64,000 bases of DNA from a virus (IMGVR_UViG_2890388907_000005:1-64000); one strand, 5' to 3'. Positions 45,927-56,078 are shown, counted from the stretch's first letter. Notes: generated by a model from the letters alone, not told the origin. Numbers and translations: made by a program.

Positions 45927-46504
45927 CCCAACGCTCCTGTGATCTGGGAAATTGCGGTGTCCAGCCCGGCGGTGGCTGCGTCGATCTCCGCGCGGGTCGC
46001 CGCCGCCGCGATGGCGGCTGCAGCGGCGAAGCAGGCGGCCTCGACCGGCCCGCCCATCTGCCGCCATAGCGCATTCAGGTTGAGAACGACTTGAGCCACC
46101 TCCGCCAGCGTCGGTGCCGTGCCCCCGGTTTCGATGGGGCCAACCTCCGAGACCAGCATCGGATAGTCGGCGGGATCGGGGGTTCCGCTCGCGGAGGCGG
46201 CGACGAAGGCCTGCGCCTCCATGAGCTTGACCATGTAGTAGAGGCTCTGGAACTTCATGTCGGTCAGGGTGGTCAGTCGCGTCTCCTCGCGCTTGGCGGC
46301 GACACGATCCAGCGCCATCCGCCGCATCGCCGGGGTGGCCGCGGTTTCAGGGGCGAGCGCGCCGGCGACGACGCGCCAGCGGAACGGGTCGGACAGATCG
46401 GTCTCGTCGGGCACCTCGATATGATCGCCCGGCGGCGGGGTGACGTGGGGGGCGAGCCGCATGACACCCGTGATCGCGCCATTGGCGTCGTAGTAGATCA
46501 GCAT
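45923..46504 (-). CDS. putative tail fibre assembly protein
   Basis: Coupled directly downstream of the fibre gene; YPML..E motif. Confidence 0.6.
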   Translation of the reverse strand: MLIYYDANGAITGVMRLAPHVTPPPGDHIEVPDETDLSDPFRWRVVAGALAPETAATPAMRRMALDRVAAKREETRLTTLTDMKFQSLYYMVKLMEAQAFVAASASGTPDPADYPMLVSEVGPIETGGTAPTLAEVAQVVLNLNALWRQMGGPVEAACFAAAAAIAAAATRAEIDAATAGLDTAISQITGALG

Positions 46505-49500
46505 CAGCCGCCCCCCCAGCTTCCCATCGAATAGAACAGGTATTGGATCGTGCGGATGCTGTTGCTGCCGTTGGAATGATAGACCGGCGTTCCGGCGGAG
46601 AAGAAGGAGACGATCCGCTCGTAGGAGAAGTCGATCCAGGCGCCCTCGGCGATGTAGATCCGTCCGGTCCCCATCGAGTTGCCGTCGCCGGTGAACAGCA
46701 CCCACAACCCCGCGCCCAGATCGGGGAAGGTGATCTCGACGCCATTCTTGAAGATCTGCCCTGAAGCCGTGGGCATCAGGGGCACCACATCGGCCGGGAT
46801 GTCCGTCTTTTCGGCCAGGGAGTATTCGACCCGGCCCGGCCGGCCGGACGCACCGGAGGCCCGCGCATCGAAGCTGCTTGGTGCCGCCCCCGCGGCGCCG
46901 CCCGCCCCGATGGTCACCACCAGTTTCGGCGCCACCATGCCCTCGATGTCGATGTCGCCGCTCGACGTGGTGGTCGCCGCCCCGCCCCCGGTTCCGGCGG
47001 TGGTCACGGTAATCAACTTGTCGTTGTCCGAGGTGGTGTAGCCGGAGTCCTGCACGACAGTCGATGCGCCGCCGGCACCGCGTCCGAAGGCGCCGTAATA
47101 GCTGGCTTCGCCGGCTTGGCGATTGCTGGCCGCAGAGTCATAGCTGGTTCCGGCCCCATCGCCCCCCTGCGAGATCAGGGTCTTGATAAGGGTGTTGCCG
47201 TCATAGACCTGCACCATGGTCGGCTCGCCGTCGCCGCCAGGCGTCGCTACCCTGCTGCTCGATGATCCCTGCGCTGTCGCGGTGAACTCGGCGCCCACCC
47301 CCGCGCCACCGCCGCCGCCGCCCGTGGCGCGGATCTTCAGGACATAGGCCCCCGGCGTCAGCATCACCTCCTGCGTGGTGTCGACCGTTTGGTATGGCGC
47401 TGGCAGCCCGCCGCGCAGGATGTGCCGCGCATTCTGGAGGACAAGCCCGTCGCCCGGCGTGATGGTCAGCGCCTGCACCGTGTTCTTGACCGGCACCGTC
47501 CGGGAGGCGGCGAACGAGAAATGGGCGGCACCATCGACGTCATAGCGGCCCATGTAGACGCCATCGGCGGGATCGTCCGGCCCCACCTTCGTCATCGAGA
47601 AGGCGGCGGTGGTCGCGCTCATCTCCAGAAGGGTGGTGACCTCGATATAGTCCGAGGTCAGCTTGCCCGACCCGATGATGGAGGCGTCCATCGAATAGGC
47701 CTGGATGTGCTGGCCGGTGACGGTGCCGTTCAGCAGGATCTCGGTGGCGTCGATGCGGGCCACCGAGACCGGGCCATCCGGCCCGTCAGAGGCCACCAGT
47801 TCGAGAAGCGCGCCCTCGCTGCCGGCCTGGACGCGGAAGCTGAGGGTCGCCGCCATGTTGCCCTCGATCGTGGCGATGGCATTGGCGGTTTGCGTCACCG
47901 AGGCGCTGAGGTCGCCATAATCGGCCTCGACCATCTCGACGCGGGTGGCGAGTGCTTCATCGCCGTCCACACGCGCCGCGGCTTCTTCGGAGACCCGCGC
48001 GTCGATGGCGGCCTCGACGATGCCGCCGGCGGTTTCCTCGGCGGTCGCCGGCCGGATCGCGATCCGATGAAGTTCGAGAGTCTTCGCGGCCTTCGTGAAT
48101 GCGGCGTGGTTGACGAACGCGAACAGGGCGTTCGAGGCGAAGGCGCCGGCGAAGGCCTCGGGCATCGCGAAGATGCCGGAGGCGGTCATGTTGTCGCCCA
48201 GCCGGAGCGTCCCCAGCATCATTTCGGACAGGGGTTTCTCCGCGGAGAAGGCCTCTGAGGCATCGTTGATCCAGTCGACGCGCACCCCGGCGCCGGCCAG
48301 TGACCCGGAGACAAGGGTGAACTCGATTTCAACCAGATAGGCGGAGGCGCCGGCCATGCCCGTCCATTGGGTGTCGGTGCTTTCGGTGGAGACGCCTTCG
48401 TCGGCCCCGGCGGGGGTGATGAAGGACCACGTCTTGCCGGTGGAGAACACCTTGTTGTCGGTCTTGGTCAGCTGGGCTTGCCCCCCCAACCGCTGCCAGT
48501 AGCCCGGCTCCTCACGATCAAGAAACGGATCGGTGATCGCCGAGATCGCCCGGGACGTGATCGAGGCCGCCGCGGTGGCGGAGATGCCGGCCATCGCCGC
48601 GAAGTTGCCGGCATCGTCGACGGCCTGCGAGACCTGTTCCAGCGCCGTATTGGCGTTCGAGGCGGCGGTTTCGGCATCGGTGACGGCTTGCGCGGCGGCC
48701 AGTGCCTCGCGCGCGGCGTCATCGGCCTTGGTCGACGCGGTGTTGGCGAAGCCGGAAGCCGCATCGGCGAAGTCGGAGGCGGCGCCCGAGGCGGAGGCGG
48801 CGTCATCTGCGCTTCGTGCCGCCGCGTCCGCCGAGATACCCGCGGCGGCGGAGTGGCCCTCGGCGTCGGTGACCGCCTGTGAAACCTGCTCGATGACGCT
48901 GTTCGCGGCGTTCGAGGCCGCGGTTTCCGCAGCTGTCGCCCATTCCCCTGCGGCCGCGGCCTCGCGGGCGGCATCGTCTGCCTTGACAGATGCGGTGTTC
49001 GCGAACCCCGCCGCGGCCTCGACAGCATCTTCGGCTGCGGTTTCCGAGGTGATGTCCTGCCATTCGAGATCGGTCCACCAGGCATATTCCGTCGCCGGCC
49101 CGGTGGTCCCGTTCATCTGCAGCCAGAGGTTCCAGTCGGTGCAGTCTTCGGTGAAGGTCCGTTCTGCCTCCACTTCGACCCAAGCACCGCCCGCCGCCGG
49201 GGCTGTCGCTATCGGGGTGAAGCTGCTGGTGCCGGTGCTGAGGCGGGTGTAGCGGATGCCGATCCGCGCATCGCTGGCGGCGGCGTTGTAGACCCAGCCC
49301 CTGACCCGGAAGGTGCGGCCCACCAGGTTCTCATGCCACATCTCGTTGGCGCCGGTGGTGCCGATCCGATAGCCTTGCGTGTCCCTGACCCCAAGGCGCA
49401 GCGCCTTCGTTCGTCCGAGCGGATGCGGGGCTGGCACATCGGTGACCTGCGATGTGGTGGAGTAGCCGTCGCGCAGGCCATCCTCGAAGGTGGATCGTGG

Positions 49501-50820
49501 GGCGAAGTTGCCCCGTGCCGCCTCTCCGGCCTGCAGCGACATGCGCGCGACGACGCTCTGCGTGGATCCCGCGGTGGTGGCGAACCCTTCCGCCGTCTCC
49601 ACGGCCTCCGCGACCTGATCGAAAAGGCTGGTGGCGCCCCCAAGCGCGGTTTGCGCGTCGATCATGTGCTGTTCTGCCGCCAGCGCATATTGGCCGGCGT
49701 CATCGGCCCTGGTCGACGCGGTGTTGGCGAAGCCCGAGGCGGCATCGGCAAAGCCGGAGGCGGCGCCCGAGGCGTCCTGTGCGTCCTGCGCACTGTTGGC
49801 CGCCGCCTGCGCCGAGATGCCGGCAGCCGCGGAGTGGCCTTCCGCATCGGTGATCGCCTGTGAAACCTGCTCGATGACGGTGTTGGCGGCGTTGTTGGCG
49901 GCAGTCGTGGCCTCCGTGGCGGCCGTCTGTGCCGCCAGTGCTTCCCGGGCCGCATCGTCGGCCTTGGTCGACGCGATGGAGGCGCTGCCGGCCGAGGCGT
50001 CGGCAGCATCCCCGGCCGCATTGGCGCTGTTGGCCGCGGCGTCTGCCGAGATTCCGGCGGTGGCGGCATGCCCCTCGGCCGTCTCGACGGCTTCCGCGAC
50101 CTGACCAAGGGCGGTGGTCGCGGCGCCAGCAGCGGTTTCGGCCAGGGTGACCTGCTCGGATGCGGCAAGCGCGTGTTGACCTGCCTCATCGGCCTTTGCC
50201 GCCGCGAAGTCGGCGTGGCCGGATGCCGCATTTGCGAACCCGCTGGCAGCGTCTGCCATCTGCGCGGCGGCGCCCGCGGACGTGCTGGCGTCCGTGGCAT
50301 AGCCTTGAGCCGCCAGAACCGCCTGGGCGGTGTCATCGTAGGCGATCTGCAGCCCGTCGATCTGCCCTTGGAGGTTGTCGACGCTGGCCGACAGCGACGC
50401 ACTGATTTGGGCGGCATCGCCGCTGATCCGGTCGACGTCTTCCCGCAACTCATCCGCCCGCGCGGTGAGATCGGTGTTGATCTGGGCTGCCTCCGCCGAC
50501 ACGGCTGCGATGTCACCGCGCAGTTCCGAGGCCTCGGCTTCCAGATCGTCGCGGACCGCCGAGGCGGCGGCGCCGGCGGCGGCGGCATCGGCAAGGGCCT
50601 GCTCGATCTGCTGCTGCATCGGTCCAGCGACACTTTCGACGACGCCTTCCACGATCTCGGTGACGCCATCGGTGTCGATGGGGGGCGGGGTGGCGGCCAC
50701 GGCGGCCTGCAGTTCCGAATGCCTGACCGCGCGCTTCGACCGGTCCCCGCGCTCGCCCGCGAGGATTTCGACGGTCTCGCGGAGCCGCCGCTGCTGCATG
50801 GTTTCCGGTGCGACGGCCAT
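46504..50820 (-). CDS. tail fibre protein
   Basis: LRETVEILAGERG N-terminus, Ala-rich repeated shaft, beta-sandwich inserts, Gly-rich C-terminus. Confidence 0.8.
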   Translation of the reverse strand: MAVAPETMQQRRLRETVEILAGERGDRSKRAVRHSELQAAVAATPPPIDTDGVTEIVEGVVESVAGPMQQQIEQALADAAAAGAAASAVRDDLEAEASELRGDIAAVSAEAAQINTDLTARADELREDVDRISGDAAQISASLSASVDNLQGQIDGLQIAYDDTAQAVLAAQGYATDASTSAGAAAQMADAASGFANAASGHADFAAAKADEAGQHALAASEQVTLAETAAGAATTALGQVAEAVETAEGHAATAGISADAAANSANAAGDAADASAGSASIASTKADDAAREALAAQTAATEATTAANNAANTVIEQVSQAITDAEGHSAAAGISAQAAANSAQDAQDASGAASGFADAASGFANTASTRADDAGQYALAAEQHMIDAQTALGGATSLFDQVAEAVETAEGFATTAGSTQSVVARMSLQAGEAARGNFAPRSTFEDGLRDGYSTTSQVTDVPAPHPLGRTKALRLGVRDTQGYRIGTTGANEMWHENLVGRTFRVRGWVYNAAASDARIGIRYTRLSTGTSSFTPIATAPAAGGAWVEVEAERTFTEDCTDWNLWLQMNGTTGPATEYAWWTDLEWQDITSETAAEDAVEAAAGFANTASVKADDAAREAAAAGEWATAAETAASNAANSVIEQVSQAVTDAEGHSAAAGISADAAARSADDAASASGAASDFADAASGFANTASTKADDAAREALAAAQAVTDAETAASNANTALEQVSQAVDDAGNFAAMAGISATAAASITSRAISAITDPFLDREEPGYWQRLGGQAQLTKTDNKVFSTGKTWSFITPAGADEGVSTESTDTQWTGMAGASAYLVEIEFTLVSGSLAGAGVRVDWINDASEAFSAEKPLSEMMLGTLRLGDNMTASGIFAMPEAFAGAFASNALFAFVNHAAFTKAAKTLELHRIAIRPATAEETAGGIVEAAIDARVSEEAAARVDGDEALATRVEMVEADYGDLSASVTQTANAIATIEGNMAATLSFRVQAGSEGALLELVASDGPDGPVSVARIDATEILLNGTVTGQHIQAYSMDASIIGSGKLTSDYIEVTTLLEMSATTAAFSMTKVGPDDPADGVYMGRYDVDGAAHFSFAASRTVPVKNTVQALTITPGDGLVLQNARHILRGGLPAPYQTVDTTQEVMLTPGAYVLKIRATGGGGGGAGVGAEFTATAQGSSSSRVATPGGDGEPTMVQVYDGNTLIKTLISQGGDGAGTSYDSAASNRQAGEASYYGAFGRGAGGASTVVQDSGYTTSDNDKLITVTTAGTGGGAATTTSSGDIDIEGMVAPKLVVTIGAGGAAGAAPSSFDARASGASGRPGRVEYSLAEKTDIPADVVPLMPTASGQIFKNGVEITFPDLGAGLWVLFTGDGNSMGTGRIYIAEGAWIDFSYERIVSFFSAGTPVYHSNGSNSIRTIQYLFYSMGSWGGG

Positions 50821-50822
50821 GG

Positions 50823-52376
50823 CTACCTCAGCAGCTCCTCGATCGTCGCGGCGAAGGAGATGCCGCTGATTGTGGCGTCACCTTCAACCTCGACCTCCCA
50901 GCGGGTGGCCTTGCCGGCCGGCAGCCGCCCGGGGGTGTCGATCGCGTCGCTGCTGTGGTGCAGGGTGCCGTCCGCATAGAAGCGGGTGACGGTGGCGCCG
51001 TCGCGTTCGGTGTCGATCTTGAAGGCGCCGAAACCCTCGCGATGGACGTGGTGGTAGAGGCGGCTGCGCCAGAGATAGGGACGCTTCGCACCCGCCTCCC
51101 ACAACCGGACCTCGGCGCCCTGCAGCATGAAGACCGCGCCGGTCTGGATTTCGAGATGCAGATCCTCGGCGCTGATGTCGGCGCGCTCGTAGAAGGGCTG
51201 CGTTCCGGTCGTGTCGATCGCACCGATCCGGCGCGCCGCCCCATCGAGGTGCGAGAACAGGTATCGGCCGCGATAGGAGGTGGCGATGAAGGTGGACGGT
51301 TCCAGAGCCGTCCATTGGTCCGCGGTGAACAGTTCCCGCGAGATGACCTGCGCGCCGGAAAGCGAGATCGAGACGATGCCCTCCGGCGATGGATAGAGCG
51401 CCGAATAGCCCATATCCACGATTCCGCGGCGCGCGACGCAGGGCAGGTTCGACTCCACCTTCTCCTGCATCATCGACTCGGGATGGGTGCCCTGGATGAT
51501 GTAGGGGGTGCCGGTGGTCAGCACGACAAGCGCGGAACCCAGCGCGACCAGCCCGACGACAGGATAGGCGACGGTGAGGACGTATTTCGATGGCCAGGCA
51601 TGCGGGATGTAGGGCTCGCAGAACAGCACCTCCTTCCCGTCGAAGGCCGCCATCATGCCGTTCGGCATCGGGATGATCCCGCGCATCCCGGCCGGCGGCG
51701 CGTCATAGTCGGTGCTAGGCACCGGCTCTTGGATCGGCTCGTCCAGCGGCAGATGGGTGTGGGACAGATCGAAGGCGGAGAACTCGGCGACGAAATGCAG
51801 CGCGGTCTCCCCGCTGCTGCCGGTCTGGGAGCGATAGAGGCGGATCAGGGTGATCCCGCGCCCGGCGGGCGGGGTGACGAAGCCCTGCAGGAAGACCTGC
51901 AGAGGCGAGTGCCATAGCACCGGCTCCGTCAGAGGCGACGGGGGCGACTCCTCGCCCCACTGGGTGACATAGGTGTAGGCGAACAGCGTCTCCTCGGCGA
52001 TGGCTACATCCACGGTGCCGAGGATTTCGACCGTGGGCGCGTCGGTCGGGGGCAGCAGGGCCAGCGGGTAGGTCTGGCCGTCGACCCGCATCTTCGGGGC
52101 GCCGTCGCCGGTGATGTAGAGCCGCGAGGTGGCCACGGGCCCGGGCGTGGCATCGACATCGGCGTCGAAGCCTAGCCAGGCGCTGTCGTGACGGATGATC
52201 CGCTGCACCGGCCCGGGAAACTGGTGGACGGTGACCGGCTCGCGCAACGCCCGGATCGCGCCGTCTTCCAGCACGATGTCACGCGCGGCTTGCGCGTAGT
52301 TCTCGGGCAGAAGCCTTGGGTGGAGGCGCGGCATCTCGCCTTTGAAGTTGGCGATCTGGACGCGCATCAGAGCCAC
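50823..52376 (-). CDS. tail nozzle / stabilisation protein
   Basis: FKGEMPRLHPRLLP, YTYVTQWGEESPPSP, FCEPYIPHAWP; position after the adaptors. Confidence 0.75.
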   Translation of the reverse strand: MALMRVQIANFKGEMPRLHPRLLPENYAQAARDIVLEDGAIRALREPVTVHQFPGPVQRIIRHDSAWLGFDADVDATPGPVATSRLYITGDGAPKMRVDGQTYPLALLPPTDAPTVEILGTVDVAIAEETLFAYTYVTQWGEESPPSPLTEPVLWHSPLQVFLQGFVTPPAGRGITLIRLYRSQTGSSGETALHFVAEFSAFDLSHTHLPLDEPIQEPVPSTDYDAPPAGMRGIIPMPNGMMAAFDGKEVLFCEPYIPHAWPSKYVLTVAYPVVGLVALGSALVVLTTGTPYIIQGTHPESMMQEKVESNLPCVARRGIVDMGYSALYPSPEGIVSISLSGAQVISRELFTADQWTALEPSTFIATSYRGRYLFSHLDGAARRIGAIDTTGTQPFYERADISAEDLHLEIQTGAVFMLQGAEVRLWEAGAKRPYLWRSRLYHHVHREGFGAFKIDTERDGATVTRFYADGTLHHSSDAIDTPGRLPAGKATRWEVEVEGDATISGISFAATIEELLR

Positions 52377-53029
52377 CTCGGTTTCGTCCGCACCGGGGCG
52401 CGCTGCTGGCCTCTGATCTTGCTGGAAAAGGCGCCCCGCATCGCCTCGTCGAAGACGGCGCGGAAGGCGGTTGCGGCCTTGGCGTCGGTCCAGAGCTGGC
52501 CGGGGATCGACAGGATCCGGCTCAGCGCCCCGGCCGCGATGGTCTCCCCATGCTGGGTCAGCAGGAAGTCGGGGGCGCGGTTGTTGGCGTCGTCGAGCGG
52601 ATCGTCCGGGTCTCCGCCGAAGGACTGCCCGTGGCGCGGCTTCAGGAACAGCGACAGCCGCAGGACGCCCGGCTCGAAGGGGTAGACCGACACGGTGTCG
52701 GGGGTCACCTGGGTCAGGTATTTCGCCTGCCCGGTCATCGGGGTCTGGGCGACGCCGTCATGGGCCAGATCGGTGATCTGGGTGGGGTCCAGCGGTCGGC
52801 CGTCCAGCGTCGCATCCTCGATCTCATGGATGGCGCTGCCGGGCGGGGCAACAATCGCCTGCCCCTGCTCGTTCAGCGCGGCCTCCACCATATGCCGCCA
52901 GCAGCGCGTCCGCTCGCAGAACTCGATGGCGGCGAGGCGGGTTTGGAACAGGGCAACCGGATCGGGGCAGCCCGGGGCGCGGGGCAGGATGTAGGCGAGG
53001 AAGGGCGTCAGCTTGATCGTGGTGACCAT
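52367..53029 (-). CDS. head-tail adaptor protein
   Basis: PGCPDP...AAIEFCERTRCWR; GALSRILSIPGQLW. Confidence 0.75.
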   Translation of the reverse strand: MVTTIKLTPFLAYILPRAPGCPDPVALFQTRLAAIEFCERTRCWRHMVEAALNEQGQAIVAPPGSAIHEIEDATLDGRPLDPTQITDLAHDGVAQTPMTGQAKYLTQVTPDTVSVYPFEPGVLRLSLFLKPRHGQSFGGDPDDPLDDANNRAPDFLLTQHGETIAAGALSRILSIPGQLWTDAKAATAFRAVFDEAMRGAFSSKIRGQQRAPVRTKPRWL

Positions 53030-53038
53030 CTGCGCACC

Positions 53039-53728
53039 TCAGCGCGACCCCAGCGACATCGCCGCTTCGCCGGTGTTGATCGCGCCAAGCGCCGCGGTGA
53101 AGGAACTGTAGTGGGCGGTGGCCCGCGCCGCCGCATTGGCCTCGCCGGAGTCCTTCGACAGCGCCCGGTAGAGGACATAGTCGACCAGCGGGTTGCGGTA
53201 GAGGTCGGGGAGATCGACGAAGGAGTCGTAGGCCTCGACGTCGAGCATGGCGCTGCCGGTCGGCCCGGACAGCTCCAGCGGGACGACACCCACGGCGGCC
53301 TCGATGCGGCCCTCACCGTTGTTGCCGGGGACGACGTAGAATTGCCGGGGCGTCGTCATGTCATGGACGACATGCAGCACGGCGCGGGCGAAGGGCATCA
53401 CCGATTTGTCCTGCCAGCCCGGGATCTGGGCATCCAGCACGGACCGGTCGATGGGCCGGATCGCGGCGCCGCCCCGTTCCTCCTGGCCCTGAACGATGTT
53501 GCGGATCACCCGGGAGAGGATCGAATACTCGGCGGGCAGTTCCTGCCGGGTGCCCGCGACGAGACTGAGGATGACGATGCGGCTGTTCGCGTTGGGCTTG
53601 ATCGCGACAACCTCGCGGATCCCGTCCTGCAGGTAGGCGAACAGTTCGGCCGCGAGCCAGTGGACGGCCCCGCTGTCCTGCAGGATCGTTGAGGCGCGGC
53701 GCATCACGTCTTTTGCCCGGAAGGCCAT
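53039..53728 (-). CDS. DUF6682-like adaptor protein
   Basis: W...EL..YL.DG.RE, L.AGTRQ.LP, LVDYVLYRALSKD. Confidence 0.75.
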   Translation of the reverse strand: MAFRAKDVMRRASTILQDSGAVHWLAAELFAYLQDGIREVVAIKPNANSRIVILSLVAGTRQELPAEYSILSRVIRNIVQGQEERGGAAIRPIDRSVLDAQIPGWQDKSVMPFARAVLHVVHDMTTPRQFYVVPGNNGEGRIEAAVGVVPLELSGPTGSAMLDVEAYDSFVDLPDLYRNPLVDYVLYRALSKDSGEANAAARATAHYSSFTAALGAINTGEAAMSLGSR

Positions 53729-53737
53729 CAGGTTCTC

Positions 53738-53851
53738 CTATCGGCGCTTGCCGAACAGGCGGCGCCAGAACGACGGGCGCCGCGGGGTGCGATCGTGCTT
53801 CCAGTAGTCGCCGGGGGCGCCGGGCGTCTTCCGGCGCCCCCGGCGCGCCAT
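53738..53851 (-). CDS. 37-aa basic peptide (not in ORF track)
   Basis: TGATG coupling; MARRGRRKTPGAPGDYWKHDRTPRRPSFWRRLFGKRR; stop overlaps the next SD. Confidence 0.55.
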   Translation of the reverse strand: MARRGRRKTPGAPGDYWKHDRTPRRPSFWRRLFGKRR

Positions 53852-54339
53852 CAGGCGCGCTCCGCCCGCGTCGCCTCGATCTGTGCGATCAGCGTCTCGG
53901 CCTTGGCCCGGGCGTTCGGCTCACGGCCGACCTCCTTGGCGAAGAGATCGCGCAGCTGGTCCAGCGACATGTCTACCAGCGCCAGCGGGGTTTCCGTCGC
54001 GGGTGCGGGCGCGGGCGTGGGCGCGGGCGTGGGCTCGATCACGGTGGCGGTGGCCGCGGGTTCGACGCCGCCGGGTGCCGGGACCGGAGCGGGCGACACC
54101 TGCGGGGCCGGCGCGGGCGAGACCGGGGGGACGCCGATCGAGGTGGCGGCGGTGGTGCCGGCGAGGCGGAAGCCCTCGGCGACCCGCAGGAACTGCTGGG
54201 CGTGGTCGGCCGAGGCGATGGCGCAGACATGCCGGCCGGTGCCGTCATCGGCGAAATGGTAGGCGGTGCCGTCGCCGACGCGATGATGGCTGCCACCCGG
54301 GCGCTTCTGCAGCGCCTCGATGATGAGAATGTTGGACAT
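53851..54339 (-). CDS. hypothetical virion-associated protein
   Basis: GGGAGA SD; Pro/Ala linker and small C-terminal helical domain. Confidence 0.7.
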   Translation of the reverse strand: MSNILIIEALQKRPGGSHHRVGDGTAYHFADDGTGRHVCAIASADHAQQFLRVAEGFRLAGTTAATSIGVPPVSPAPAPQVSPAPVPAPGGVEPAATATVIEPTPAPTPAPAPATETPLALVDMSLDQLRDLFAKEVGREPNARAKAETLIAQIEATRAERA

Positions 54340-54420
54340 CAGGTCTCCCCTTTCGGTTTCGCAATTGCCCGCCCCGGCGGTGGGCCGGAGCGGGCGCTTT
54401 CAACCGTCCCTCGGACCGCG

Positions 54421-54864
54421 TCAGGAGACGACGCGGATGCGGCAGTGCAGCTTCTTGGTGGCGCCCGCGACGATGTCGGCCGACGTCTTCAGCCCGACCG
54501 AAACCGGGGTGTCGCCGTTCTGCGCCAGCGCGGCCAGCGCGGTCAGCGCGGTGGTCGCCGGGGCGCCGGCGGCACCGGCGTTGACCAGTTCGGAACCCGA
54601 GGTGCGCGCGGCGTCCAGCGAGCCGGGGCTGCCGGACATCAGGCCGATGGTCAGGTTGACGGCGCCCAGGTTCTCGGATGCGCAGTCGAAGCCGACGATC
54701 CGGCCGTAGGGGAAGATCGGGAACAGGTCGAGGATGTCGGCGGCGGCCACGGTCTCGGCAAACACATGCGTGAACATGTATTCGATCACTTCGCCCTTGC
54801 GGTGCGGGTTCGGCACGGGGGTGCGCGAGTTCCCCTTGAAATACGCGCTCTGCTTGATCGCCAT
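54421..54864 (-). CDS. putative capsid decoration protein
   Basis: Beta-rich 147 aa protein directly after the capsid gene. Confidence 0.65.
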   Translation of the reverse strand: MAIKQSAYFKGNSRTPVPNPHRKGEVIEYMFTHVFAETVAAADILDLFPIFPYGRIVGFDCASENLGAVNLTIGLMSGSPGSLDAARTSGSELVNAGAAGAPATTALTALAALAQNGDTPVSVGLKTSADIVAGATKKLHCRIRVVS

Positions 54865-54922
54865 GTCTCTTACCTTTGTGCGATGCGGAAAGGGTCAGGG
54901 GGCCGTGCGGCCCCCCGATGGA

Positions 54923-56026
54923 TCAGACGATCGCGTTGGGATCGCGGCAGTAGGTATCCAGCGCGCAGCAGCCGAAGTCGCGGCCGTTGAACCGGGTCTT
55001 CTTCATGCCCATGATCACGCCGCAGTAGATTTCGACCTGGTTGTCGGCATCCACCAGCTTCTCCACCCACGTCATCCGTGCGCCGTTGCCGGCGCTGCCG
55101 TAGGCGACGACACCGGCCTGCCGGCCCAGCAGCAGCCCGCGCGCCGCGGGCAGGTTGCCGCCGACGCCATAGTCGCCGAAGCGGCGCACCGATTCATGCT
55201 CATGAAGGACGAGGTTCGAGATCATGCCCAGACCGCCCTTGCAGATCGGGGACTTCCGACCCTCCGAGGTCGCCAGCGACTGCTGGATCTTCGACCAGGA
55301 GAGATCGCCGGTCTCCACCCGCATGTCGTAGGCCTGGAACTTCGTCATCAGCACGATGAAGTGCTTGGACCCCTCGACCGTCACCGGGCTCATGCGGATG
55401 ACGTCGGGGTTGGTCGCGTTCATCATCGTCGGCTTCACCGCGACGCGCTCAAGGAAAGCCACGTTCATCTTGTCGGCGGCGGTGAGCGTCGCCTTCGAGG
55501 TGGCGGCACCGGCGTAGAGCAGGTGGTCGGCATCCGGCGCGTGGATCGGGTTGCCGGCGAAGGGCTTGTTGAAGACGGCGTCCTGGTTGATCGCGCTGAA
55601 GTTGGCGTCGCCCGAGAGGTAGACGAAATAGCCCTCGTCGATCCACTGCGCCACATATTCCGAGGTGCGGTCCCGGGCGATGCGGCGGAGGTCGTGCAGG
55701 AGGCGCTTGCGGCTCATGCGGCCGGCGGCGGAGGCGCCTTTCCGGGCCTGGTCGATCTTCACCTCGTCGGTGTAGAAGGTCAGCGCCTCGGCCGAACCCT
55801 CGACGCGGTCATCGCCCAGCGTCATGCCGCCGCGCAGACGCATCGACAGGTCGAACTGGACGGTGTCGCCCGCCTCGTCTTCCAGATCGACCTTGCGCTC
55901 GATGATGTTGTTCTCGCCGGTCCCGACGAAGCGCGACCAGTAGCTCTGCTTTTCGGTGTCGGTGGCCAGCGAGGTGGCCCAGCGACGAACCGCTTTGGGG
56001 TCATTGACGCCGATCACGGTCTGCAT
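54923..56026 (-). CDS. major capsid protein, N4-gp56 family
   Basis: NDPKAVRRWA, AGDTVQFDL, GDDRVEG..EAL.F, IDQAR, GMKKTRF..RDFG. Confidence 0.9.
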   Translation of the reverse strand: MQTVIGVNDPKAVRRWATSLATDTEKQSYWSRFVGTGENNIIERKVDLEDEAGDTVQFDLSMRLRGGMTLGDDRVEGSAEALTFYTDEVKIDQARKGASAAGRMSRKRLLHDLRRIARDRTSEYVAQWIDEGYFVYLSGDANFSAINQDAVFNKPFAGNPIHAPDADHLLYAGAATSKATLTAADKMNVAFLERVAVKPTMMNATNPDVIRMSPVTVEGSKHFIVLMTKFQAYDMRVETGDLSWSKIQQSLATSEGRKSPICKGGLGMISNLVLHEHESVRRFGDYGVGGNLPAARGLLLGRQAGVVAYGSAGNGARMTWVEKLVDADNQVEIYCGVIMGMKKTRFNGRDFGCCALDTYCRDPNAIV

Positions 56027-56057
56027 CGGACTCTCCTTCGGTCAATACGGTGTTGAC

Positions 56058-56078
56058 CCAGGCACGTCCTATGCTTGG
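56058..56078 (-). promoter_or_regulatory. GGA-loop leader hairpin (capsid operon)
   Basis: CCAaGCAU-AGGAC-GUGCcUGG. Confidence 0.6.
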
